Part shown: positions 11,201 through 19,957 of the stretch, piece by piece
How the letters are laid out: each line of letters opens with the position of its first letter
Numbering within the stretch: the stretch's first letter is position 1
DNA from: a virus
DNA length: 64,000 nucleotides
Virus record (IMG/VR): IMGVR_UViG_3300042448_002155
Coordinates: 32,001-96,000 of that record
Strand: one strand, 5' to 3'
Program-made: the position numbers and the translations under genes
Notes under the pieces: generated by a model
The model's input: only the letters and a program-made list of their open reading frames with translations
The model's database searches: none
What the model was told of the DNA's origin: nothing

Positions 11201-14200
11201 TCTAGATGAGGCACCATTGAGGCCGACACCAGATCCCAAGTCAGTCGTAGTGTCTGGCGCGTTAAAAAAGTCAGAACCTAAAAGAATAGCCAATTCATCT
11301 ACTCCTGTGGCGTCTGATCTTCCAACTGTAGAAAGCCCAGGAATGCTGACAATAGATTCTGAGAATTTTTTGAATGGAGTAGTATTAGTTCCTCCTAATA
11401 TTTTTCTAAACTCTTCAGGAAAAGGATCGGTTGAATCAGCGTCCATGCCATAATGTCTAGTGAATATAGCTTTAACGCTATCGTATGTGTGATAGCCAAA
11501 TCTAAATTGGTCCCAGATATCGGAAGCTTGACTAAGGGTTCTTCCATTTCCGGCAATCACTGAAACATTGGGGTCATAATTTTCATCATAGAAAGATCTA
11601 GCTTCTACTGATGTGCTATCCAATACGGAATAAACTGGAGCAAAGCCTACTCGTCCACTGCCAGTTTCTTCATCTCCTGTTGTATAAAGCTCAGCGTCTA
11701 GGCGGTCCCATAGTTTACCTTTATCTAGGGCATCATAATCTAAATCTACAATTGCTTGAAAGTAGCTTGGATCATCTCCGCTTTGAAGAATGTTTCCACC
11801 GTATGCATAGTTATATGCAGTGACTTCGGAATTTGTTGCAGAGTATTCCTCTAGTGAGCTATTTTTATCGCCATCAAGCTTAAAGTAATCTCCTACGCTA
11901 GGCTGACCAAAATCTCCAGGACCAATTATTTTTGGTGAGGCGGTAAACTTATTAGCATCTCCGTTGTCGTCTATAGCGAAATTACCAAAACCAATAATAT
12001 AAGAATTTTTATCTGCGTCATTAAAAAATCTTTTTACTGGTGCTGCGCCGGACGAGACAACTCCCAATGGAGTATCGTCAGGGACAAACCCAAAAAAACA
12101 ATCAACGTCTCGAGGGAAAGTGCTTAGTCCTGTTTCGCCTTCTATTTTTTTTAGGATAGAATTTTCAAGGCCTACTCCATCATGCAGCGAGAGATTTGCC
12201 CACGCTGGCAAGGACTCCGCTAACTGGCTGCCATCTATAGTTATTTTGTCGTCTACTGTAGAAACAAAAGTGCCTAAATACCACGCAGCATCGGGGGACA
12301 CAACTGCCTCAACGTCATCGTCACCTTCTCCCCATAGGAAATAAGCTGGAGCACAAACGACTGCCCTTCCTGTTAAGGGGCTGAATACAAGTACTTTTCT
12401 TTTCTTATAATCTGCGGCGCTACCGTATAGATCTTCGAATCCATATACTTCTTTAAATCTTTCCAAAGAGGCGTCTACTGCATCGGGCTTGTATGGCCAT
12501 CTCATTGCTATGTAAAATTGCTCTTCTTCTGCGGTGGCAGGAGATCCCCACTCCTGGTAGGATATGGGCTGACTTAACTCATACTCAAAACTAAAATCAT
12601 CTTTATTTTCTTCAGTCGAAGCTTTTGCACTATTAACTAGCACAAATTCCTTGGGTCTACCTTGTGACTCGACCGATGGCAACGGCATTCTGCTGTATGT
12701 CGTTTGACCTAGACCAATTAAATCAGAGACGCTTGAATCAACTGCTGCCATAAAACTAGCAAAACCCAATGGTCTATCTAGCTCTAAGATGCCGGAACTA
12801 GGCTTTATGGTAATTCCTGTTTCATTTAAAAATTCTGCTTCCAATTGAAGAAAGTATATAAGATTAGCAGAAAGTGCAGCTCCGCCTATTGAAAAAGATT
12901 TTGAGTTAGCTTCGCTAATTCGTTCCTGTAGATTTTGTTTGCTAGACATATTTGACAATTGTGCTTCATTACTTTCACCATCTTCAAATGAGTCTACTAC
13001 TTTAGCGGCAGCGCTGACGGGGTTGAACCAGCCGAGAAAATTACCTCCAACACTATCAACAACTCTAGATAGTGTTGATGCCTGATTGCCACTAATGTCA
13101 TCTACGTAATTGCCGAATAATCCACCATCTCTAACTTCGTAAGACTTTTTGTCAAGAACTGTAGCTTCTGATATTGTATAGTACGGGTATTTAAATCTTG
13201 GGGGAATATTATCTAATTGCCTATGGTCCACACTTAGGCTTGCATAGGTCTTCTCTCCGTCAATTGGTAGGTGGAAGCCCATCTTAACCCTACCAATACT
13301 GGCAGGTAGTTGAGATAAAACAATATCATTTCCATCACTATCTTTACTAACTCTTTTCGTAGCTAACTGTGAATTAAAGTTTAGTAATTTTCCTGTTAGC
13401 CTTTCTGTGGGAGCGTATATTCCAGTGGAAGAAGCTTGATCTTTTGCAAGCGCAGCCATAACATCGCTAAGCTCTGAAGACCTTTTGAAAGCTTCATAAT
13501 CAGCCATTGAGTTTGACTGCCTATTGATATTATTCATAATCGTTTGAATATCTTCATCAGGACTTCTATGCTTTGGATAGCCCGGAAGGTCTAATTCATT
13601 AGCTTTCTTCACACTTGGGAAGCCCGTAGTGACTGGCACTACGCCAGAGGTATATAACCAATGCGGCTTTCCATAAAAAATGGTAGACCTATCTTCAAAA
13701 GGCCTAACTGCTACTATATAATTTGGTAACAGCCTTGCACATATCTGGAAAAGGTCCCATACAGTTCTCATATATGTTTGTGCGCGGAATGACACTTCAT
13801 CGAATCCACTTAAGTCATCATCGGCATTGGGTGCAATGATTCCCATTGTCCTAAATACGTTAGTGCCACCCCTTCCTCTCAGTAGACCACCTAGGGCTGC
13901 GCCTCCCGTCAGTCCTGCGACAACATTGACTCCTGGTATGGCAGCAATTCCGGCTGCGAATCCGCCCAGTAGAGCATTTTTTACGGCTCCCGCTCTCCCT
14001 TCTGCTGAAACTAACTTGTTATCTTCAACGACGGAATCTATGGTATTACTGGAAGATACTGAACCATTTTGAGCCTCTGCAATTAATCTATTCCATGATC
14101 TATCTGTGCCAGCTTCTAAATATCTTTGACCAGCTAAAGTTTTAGTATCGCTTTCCACTAGGGATGTCGCTGTTGACCAACCGTCATCTAAATCTCCGCC

Positions 14201-17200
14201 TAAGAATTGTGCAAATCCCGTTCCATTTCCAGGATAAATATTTCTTTTATATAATTCAAGATCTACCTCTGCGCAAAAGTTGGACATTAGTTGTCCCATA
14301 CTTGTCATTATGGTGCCGTCTCCAAAAAATGTACTGACGGGATTTCTTTGGAATATATTTGTTGATAATTTAAATGTTGCTGCATTAGCTGCTCCGCCCA
14401 AATCGCCTTGTCCCGCATTGGAGTAGGCATTGGAAACAACATTTCTCAGTCCATCGGCTCTTTGTTTTTCAACTTCGTTAATTGGTTCATATAGCATTGT
14501 GCCGAAGTGTCTAATTCCAAAACGATTTTCGGAAAATATAGTTCCATTTGTCGCTCTAGCTAAAGCCTCTCTTGTTCTGGATGCGCCCATACTCAAAAGT
14601 CTAACCATTAAATCTCTTGGTTCAGAAAGATACATTCCAGTATCTACTCCACCATCAATTTTTCCAGAGTCACCTTTTTTATTTGTTGAGTTAACAACAG
14701 CGCCAAGTTCAATTGCGTCAGATTGGGCAGTAACAGTAACTATCTCTCCCTCTTCAACGTTGGTTATGACTCCGTTAAACAAAGTTTGCAAGGAATTTGG
14801 ATTTGATCCATAGCCTCCCCTGAGGTGAACTCTAACTCCTGGCTTTAATCTTATATTATTAATATCAACTACGTAGTCATTTCTCATTCCTGAGACAATA
14901 TTTTTAGCTATATTTAAAGTTCGGTCCAAGATAGCACTAATTCCGTCTATAGAGTTCAAGGGATCGCTATTAAAATCGTCATTTCGCGCATTAAATATAT
15001 CTGTAGATGGGCGTGTTGTTAGCTTTGAGTACATATTCGAAACTCTTAGTATTAGCGTATCTCCTAGTAAATCTTCAGATGATACAACTGAAAAATCTAT
15101 AACAGATTGAAGACCATAGAAATTATCAAACAGTTTGACTCCTGCGAACATTCCCCCTTCGTCTATTAGCCATAGCATGTAGGTCGGAAATGCTCTAAGC
15201 ATGCGCCCTGATATATCCCTGTACTGAACATCATTTAACATCTTTTCCATATGATTATTAAATGAGCCGTCGTAAGCTTTTTGATATTCGGACAATGGCT
15301 GAGCTCCACTAATTCCAGTCAAAGATTTATCACAACCAACGTCTGGAGTTTGCATGTCTTTCGTGTAATTGCTTTCAATTTTTTTTGCGCCATCAGATTC
15401 AATTGTAACATTAGTTCCATCTGCAGTAAGATAAAATCTTCCATTATCTTTATTTATATATCCGAAATGGGACCCCAAAGCGGTATACATAATTGCAGGT
15501 AGCTCGCTAGGATCATCTACCTCTGGATTGCCCAGTGGCATCAAATATATCATTTTATGAAATTCAACTTCGTCTGGATCAAAACTGACAAATTCCTCTT
15601 CGGCCAGTTTGCTGGTCGCTAATATAGTTTTGATCATATTTTCTGTTTCCCCGTTTGTCACTCCCACATTTCCTATGAGAAATGGTGATCCATTAATTTC
15701 TTCGAAAAGTGGGTCCCCTTCAGAGGATTGCGAAGCTAAAAATATAAAATCAGTTAATAAAGTATTTTTTGAAACGTCAGCGTTTGCTTCGTTGATTACT
15801 TCTTGAAAGATAGAAACAAAATTATGTGGACTAATTCCAGATTGATTTACGTAGTCTATTATTTCGTTAATTAAATCTTCATTGGTCTGTACCCTTGCAT
15901 CTACTGCAGCTGCGTTAGCTACGTTAGTTGTTGAATATCTTCTAAGAAAATTTCTAATTGTATATTTTACAGATTCTTTTTTTTGTGCTATTTCATTATC
16001 TGATCCCTGGAAGAAACCATCAGAGCTATCAAAAGTGAAATTTTTAGTTAAATCTATCTGAGTAGTGGTATTATTTATGATATCGCGATCAAACATTTCA
16101 AAACTTCTAAAATAGAAATCTGGATCTAGATTGCCAACAATATCTCCTTCCTTATTTTTGACGCCCAATGGAAGGTCTGGATAGGCATTGAATGATCCCC
16201 ATAGCTGCTTGATTCTTAGGAAGGGGTTTCTCTTTGTGCCAAAATGCTCAATTAATTCTGTCTGTTGCTTTGAGGATATTTTTTCTCTTTGTTGTTGGAA
16301 TATGTCAAAGTCTACCAAGCTCAACTGCACTGCATAAACGTGAGGAAAGTTAGGTATGGTGTCAACCTTATAGTTAAGGGGAAGAACATATTTAATTCCG
16401 CATAAAGCTGTTATGATATTTTTTATTCCCAAAAATCCTATAACACCAGTAGAATGCTCAAGCCTAGCTAACGCATTAGTGTGATCAAATACTGATCTAA
16501 TTTTTAATAATTCTTTTTCGCCAAAAACAGTCATCGATACATTAATATAGCTGTCTTTTCCTCCAATGTACTGATAACTTGGTTCGTCTTGCATTTGGAT
16601 CTGTAGCTTTGCTAGATTATTCCCCATTGATATACTAACGCCATTTACTATGGCGGTCTTTGGGTCAAGATCTACTCGATTCATTGGAACTTCCCACTCA
16701 TTGAAGTGGTAGTCTCCATCTTTTAATCTTGTTGCTTCCATCATATTTTTGATGAAGCCGTCAGTAAAAAATCTTTCATACATATTGACTTGAAAGGCTT
16801 CAGTAACTTGCTGTGCAATTTTTGCTCTATCTGGCTCTACTCCAGCGCTTTTAGTCTGTCTGACAAATTCCTCATCAATAAGTTTTTCTAAAATAGTTCC
16901 AGACGAACTAGCTTTAAGGTGAAGGTCTTTTTTGATATTGTTCAAACTGCCCTGAACTAATACTCCATTTATAAAGTATGACTCTGCCGTACTTTCATAC
17001 TGTGTAAAATAACCATTTACCCCGCGAAGCTCTATCTTTTCTTGATAATCTAAGAACCACCTTTTTTGTTCATTATCTAATCTTGTATCGTTATTGGATA
17101 TAAAGGATTGCGCTAGGTAAAGGTAAACTTTTTTATATTCATCAGTAGTCGAGATGCCAGCTGTCAGAATATCAATTGCTTGTCTAACCATATTCTTAAC

Positions 17201-19492
17201 AGATTTTGGAAAGTTTGATTCGGTAGCCATTGAATCAATATCTTTAATATCTTTTATTAAAGGAGTCTCTAAAGTTCTTTCTATCCCAAATGAATTAAGA
17301 AGTTTATCCCATAGCCCAGAAGCTGTATCGTTTAATATTTTTTCTTGTTCACTTCTAAAGGAAGTGTTGTCTGGTAAGAATATTTTTGTCTGTGTCTCAG
17401 CCGGAGTAAATAAAGTTATATTACTTCCGTCTCTCCATTGAGTAATTATGTTAGTCTCTAAAACGTCATTTTCAAAAGAATTTTTTCTTTCGATTTCAAA
17501 ATCTTCCCGCTGTTCCATCAAAGTAGATACGTCTACGCCTATATGTGTTCCATAGTCAATCACATCCACATTGGCCGTGTCGGAAACCTTACTGTCAGAC
17601 GTCTTCAATAAGAAGCTTTCGTTAACATATCTGTGCATTTCTCCAGCGGCTTTGCCCATATACTGACGATACTTACCCCAGTGTATTGCCTGATTAAAAT
17701 CTTTTAGCATCGGTAAGAATGGCTTGTGATTAAAGTGCACCATTTCCAAATCAATAACTAGAGCGAATGGATAATTTGGAACTGTTGATACTGACATATT
17801 AGAAAGTCCAACGGCAGTGATTCCATGTATTGAGTTAAGGTATTGATTCTTTACTGGTAGTATTGGCGAATATTTAAATGCTGCGACTAGACCTCTAAGG
17901 GAAGAAAGAAATTTATCTATTTTCTCTTCGTCATGTCCACCTTTTTTGAAGTCAATCTTAAAGCTTTCGTCTAGATTTATTGACGCTGCGTCATCTATGG
18001 ATAAGCCCCATATCTCTTCATAGTTAGGAAAGAAGAGCCGCATAGAAATAATGGTTTCTTTGTAACCTGCGTTAAACTTAGGAGTATTTTTTTGTCTAAT
18101 GGCTCCACCAGTTAATGATCCTGTTTTGTAATTAGAATTAACACTAATTGAAATCGGAGGAACGTAGAAGTTTGCTGCACCCAATCGAAGATGGAACATG
18201 TCTGGTTTTCTAGGTGGAATGTTTTCTCTAAAGGGAAAATCTTCAATTGCCTTTTTAATTTGTTGTGCGGTATTTTTTATCTGAAAAGCCAAGGTAAATA
18301 TTGGCCTATTATCTTTGGTGACTCCAAAAGCTCTTTCCAATGATATAATTGCATCAGCCTCATTGTTTAGCGTGTCTTCTGCTCCACCGCCTTGACCATT
18401 ATTGGAATAGTCCCCGACTACTGCTAGAGCATCAAAGACAAAGGTAACTAGGCTCGGAAAATAATAATTAATTATTGAAAATGATATTGGATCTCTTTGA
18501 AGGTTGTAAACTACTTCACTCAATATTGTTAACCACGGCGTATCTATTGCCGGATCAATATATTCATCCATTGATGTTTTAGCTGTTGCAACACTCTGCA
18601 GTCTTTTTTTTGCAAAGTTGCTAATTTCGTACGCGAATGACGCTAGGTACAGAAGTCCACTAGACTCTAGCTTAGCATAAACTGATTTAGAAGATGCCTC
18701 ATCCAAGCTTGAGGCAAGAGAGTTTAAGGAAAATACCCTACTAGTCGTCCCTTGAGCGTTGGCATCTGACACATAATCTTGACCTCTAGTCTCAGTAAAG
18801 TATCTACCTATTACTCCATTGATATCATTAGTCTCATTTACTGGATCGCTCCCGTATACATTATGTAAAAATATTTTAAATTCCGCTAAATATTCTAAGG
18901 TCAATTCGCCTTCAGTGTTGCCATCACTTAGTTCTTCATCTTTTTCTGATGTATTTATTTTTTCCGTTTGCTCAAGAGCAGCTAATTCCTCATCAGTTAT
19001 TCCGTCTTCACCTATATAACTTTTCCAGATATTAAGCCTGTCAAGAATAATTGACTTAGCTGTTTGCATTGTGATTTTTTTTGGAGAATTGTTAGGTAAG
19101 TAGGCGTAAAAAAACCAACTTAATGCTTCAGATAGTGTTGGAACATTTATGGTAGCATACCCGAAATTAACTGCCCATGTCTGAAATGTTTCAAGTACAA
19201 ATTCTAAATTTGAATCTTTATCTAAAACTTCGCAGTTTGCCAAACGAAGTATTGACAAATAGGCGTACTGGTCGCCTGTGCTTTTGAAGTCATCATCAAT
19301 TGCATAAATAAGGGCTTTTCCAGCTTGATTGTTATCGTAACCAATTATATCCGGATAATATCCTGGCAAAATTAAGAACGCGTACATATCGTTTTCATCG
19401 AAGCCCGTAATATCTTCAATTATTGAATTAATACGATCTTCATCTTCAGATAGATACTTTAAAAGATCTTTTGCTATTGGATTAATTGCCAT
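8228..19492 (-). CDS. Giant multidomain baseplate hub/tail protein (3754 aa) with gp27/late-control-D-like, RlpA-like and C-terminal thermonuclease domains
   Basis: GGELTLIGNPDIRPHDLVYL...GIFEVEQVVHHF (hub); GVRVHLRGGYGSN...LFNGVITNV; DGDT...RFDGINTGE...DVFDRILG...NWELVANNLA (SNase). Confidence 0.75.
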   Translation of the reverse strand: MAINPIAKDLLKYLSEDEDRINSIIEDITGFDENDMYAFLILPGYYPDIIGYDNNQAGKALIYAIDDDFKSTGDQYAYLSILRLANCEVLDKDSNLEFVLETFQTWAVNFGYATINVPTLSEALSWFFYAYLPNNSPKKITMQTAKSIILDRLNIWKSYIGEDGITDEELAALEQTEKINTSEKDEELSDGNTEGELTLEYLAEFKIFLHNVYGSDPVNETNDINGVIGRYFTETRGQDYVSDANAQGTTSRVFSLNSLASSLDEASSKSVYAKLESSGLLYLASFAYEISNFAKKRLQSVATAKTSMDEYIDPAIDTPWLTILSEVVYNLQRDPISFSIINYYFPSLVTFVFDALAVVGDYSNNGQGGGAEDTLNNEADAIISLERAFGVTKDNRPIFTLAFQIKNTAQQIKKAIEDFPFRENIPPRKPDMFHLRLGAANFYVPPISISVNSNYKTGSLTGGAIRQKNTPKFNAGYKETIISMRLFFPNYEEIWGLSIDDAASINLDESFKIDFKKGGHDEEKIDKFLSSLRGLVAAFKYSPILPVKNQYLNSIHGITAVGLSNMSVSTVPNYPFALVIDLEMVHFNHKPFLPMLKDFNQAIHWGKYRQYMGKAAGEMHRYVNESFLLKTSDSKVSDTANVDVIDYGTHIGVDVSTLMEQREDFEIERKNSFENDVLETNIITQWRDGSNITLFTPAETQTKIFLPDNTSFRSEQEKILNDTASGLWDKLLNSFGIERTLETPLIKDIKDIDSMATESNFPKSVKNMVRQAIDILTAGISTTDEYKKVYLYLAQSFISNNDTRLDNEQKRWFLDYQEKIELRGVNGYFTQYESTAESYFINGVLVQGSLNNIKKDLHLKASSSGTILEKLIDEEFVRQTKSAGVEPDRAKIAQQVTEAFQVNMYERFFTDGFIKNMMEATRLKDGDYHFNEWEVPMNRVDLDPKTAIVNGVSISMGNNLAKLQIQMQDEPSYQYIGGKDSYINVSMTVFGEKELLKIRSVFDHTNALARLEHSTGVIGFLGIKNIITALCGIKYVLPLNYKVDTIPNFPHVYAVQLSLVDFDIFQQQREKISSKQQTELIEHFGTKRNPFLRIKQLWGSFNAYPDLPLGVKNKEGDIVGNLDPDFYFRSFEMFDRDIINNTTTQIDLTKNFTFDSSDGFFQGSDNEIAQKKESVKYTIRNFLRRYSTTNVANAAAVDARVQTNEDLINEIIDYVNQSGISPHNFVSIFQEVINEANADVSKNTLLTDFIFLASQSSEGDPLFEEINGSPFLIGNVGVTNGETENMIKTILATSKLAEEEFVSFDPDEVEFHKMIYLMPLGNPEVDDPSELPAIMYTALGSHFGYINKDNGRFYLTADGTNVTIESDGAKKIESNYTKDMQTPDVGCDKSLTGISGAQPLSEYQKAYDGSFNNHMEKMLNDVQYRDISGRMLRAFPTYMLWLIDEGGMFAGVKLFDNFYGLQSVIDFSVVSSEDLLGDTLILRVSNMYSKLTTRPSTDIFNARNDDFNSDPLNSIDGISAILDRTLNIAKNIVSGMRNDYVVDINNIRLKPGVRVHLRGGYGSNPNSLQTLFNGVITNVEEGEIVTVTAQSDAIELGAVVNSTNKKGDSGKIDGGVDTGMYLSEPRDLMVRLLSMGASRTREALARATNGTIFSENRFGIRHFGTMLYEPINEVEKQRADGLRNVVSNAYSNAGQGDLGGAANAATFKLSTNIFQRNPVSTFFGDGTIMTSMGQLMSNFCAEVDLELYKRNIYPGNGTGFAQFLGGDLDDGWSTATSLVESDTKTLAGQRYLEAGTDRSWNRLIAEAQNGSVSSSNTIDSVVEDNKLVSAEGRAGAVKNALLGGFAAGIAAIPGVNVVAGLTGGAALGGLLRGRGGTNVFRTMGIIAPNADDDLSGFDEVSFRAQTYMRTVWDLFQICARLLPNYIVAVRPFEDRSTIFYGKPHWLYTSGVVPVTTGFPSVKKANELDLPGYPKHRSPDEDIQTIMNNINRQSNSMADYEAFKRSSELSDVMAALAKDQASSTGIYAPTERLTGKLLNFNSQLATKRVSKDSDGNDIVLSQLPASIGRVKMGFHLPIDGEKTYASLSVDHRQLDNIPPRFKYPYYTISEATVLDKKSYEVRDGGLFGNYVDDISGNQASTLSRVVDSVGGNFLGWFNPVSAAAKVVDSFEDGESNEAQLSNMSSKQNLQERISEANSKSFSIGGAALSANLIYFLQLEAEFLNETGITIKPSSGILELDRPLGFASFMAAVDSSVSDLIGLGQTTYSRMPLPSVESQGRPKEFVLVNSAKASTEENKDDFSFEYELSQPISYQEWGSPATAEEEQFYIAMRWPYKPDAVDASLERFKEVYGFEDLYGSAADYKKRKVLVFSPLTGRAVVCAPAYFLWGEGDDDVEAVVSPDAAWYLGTFVSTVDDKITIDGSQLAESLPAWANLSLHDGVGLENSILKKIEGETGLSTFPRDVDCFFGFVPDDTPLGVVSSGAAPVKRFFNDADKNSYIIGFGNFAIDDNGDANKFTASPKIIGPGDFGQPSVGDYFKLDGDKNSSLEEYSATNSEVTAYNYAYGGNILQSGDDPSYFQAIVDLDYDALDKGKLWDRLDAELYTTGDEETGSGRVGFAPVYSVLDSTSVEARSFYDENYDPNVSVIAGNGRTLSQASDIWDQFRFGYHTYDSVKAIFTRHYGMDADSTDPFPEEFRKILGGTNTTPFKKFSESIVSIPGLSTVGRSDATGVDELAILLGSDFFNAPDTTTDLGSGVGLNGASSRIEAVEFIRKNYIDYESKGIRGDAGIIQYFNSVITRSLDGIRSNFFESQVINNALSISIENKDDPAAAIKLAEVINTPKQLFLLMVGLFRQKLWSTGYGRAWLVLRPDRKRGFITPGGGGEDGQWSFKPVDKVFEAFISPYSQYAKNNDKFLKLLVSTKGEGSNSSTFIGGLDEDIGDFYSENIGPILGAIGDGLSSLLGMFKLSMMQMGYALSEVGNFSKQAHILNKVLNDSIYYSLGRPGTLLRAVDNPFTREYGEPVIEIRQPFQRIHYLSSFSHIISNQIQENLNNVSTVITAVSDGKNPVTVALDKGAPSERQTETTVETGLYYDNMVGSGFLGVLHPFMHPLESFRGYAKTLQGTPDELSARRVALSHLKESIKDIYGGELTLIGNPDIRPHDLVYLSDVYNRMYGIFEVEQVVHHFTSEMGYITTVTPNALVTVNDPSRWFMSSWLHSWLSMQNMRNDTRFYMDNIMASNTGINMGGNISIDALADSLSTQMIGGVQYTHGSSALMKDIMANQTALSLPDKALQEIESKGQGKASGADTIMQVVGASVARAVPIVGQLAWRGWTWLRDNVLDQHGCYVQYLNKNGQPMDAGLSYNQGMVVGRYHTKALLPGILGARTKVKTADGNTFIRSDDLLKSLGWQETEIKDLVRYTDYENALTHARVLSLSGLGPEKANLQTSLFKVIATVTKFNDGDTFDVEDVISGATFTVRFDGINTGETSPMKVGSIPDEPGADGTTITPISTPGGRAMLYTEAKLKNRVFVLRIKVTNKADTNVIFEAQFEPGATENRLENYTKDVFDRILGTVWYYQPESMINQIKDFVNQCFMLNRGKTIVTTDIDNPVTKEFFGKDFPGLGSIYKESPIFIKRSNIFDKIKSLDIQYAPPLSLSISALDDYGIPEQEFNRFYNDLVCFKVLEATYNKVDEWPTIFWDEYYEDGHPVSLNWELVANNLATVYTKQLLVESQSVISAEESALIPKQVTLNPGT

Positions 19493-19501
19493 TGCGCTTT
19501 C

Positions 19502-19951
19502 CTATTTAAACATCATATTGTTACGAATAATAGTTCTAAGTCTATCACTTGAAGAATCTTTCATAGTAATAGAACTATAGTTATCTATTATACTAGACTT
19601 TGTTTCTCTTTTGAATGAATCTAGAGTAAAACTTTGTTTTTTTGTTTGCAGGTCTTTATTGTATCTGGCTTGCTGATGTCTTTTTCCGCTATATCCACTG
19701 CCATTCATCTGGATATGCGTACTTGGAGCATTGTCTAGCCCCTCTTTGGAGTACTTGATTTTGTCAGATTTTCCTGATGACTCCATTTTTTGGCGCGATT
19801 CACCAACAACATTTTGCGATGGAGTTTTGCTTGAGACTATCTTTGCTGCGTACTTACTTGCCGTTAAGGATCTATGAGACGTATCTTTGGGTTGTTTAGC
19901 AGCAGCACTTAATGCTTTATTTTGGTCCTTGACATTTAAAATCATATACAT
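19502..19951 (-). CDS. Hypothetical basic (Lys/Ser-rich) protein
   Basis: 149-aa ORF co-oriented and tightly packed in the tail operon. Confidence 0.6.
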   Translation of the reverse strand: MYMILNVKDQNKALSAAAKQPKDTSHRSLTASKYAAKIVSSKTPSQNVVGESRQKMESSGKSDKIKYSKEGLDNAPSTHIQMNGSGYSGKRHQQARYNKDLQTKKQSFTLDSFKRETKSSIIDNYSSITMKDSSSDRLRTIIRNNMMFK

Positions 19952-19957
19952 TTAACC

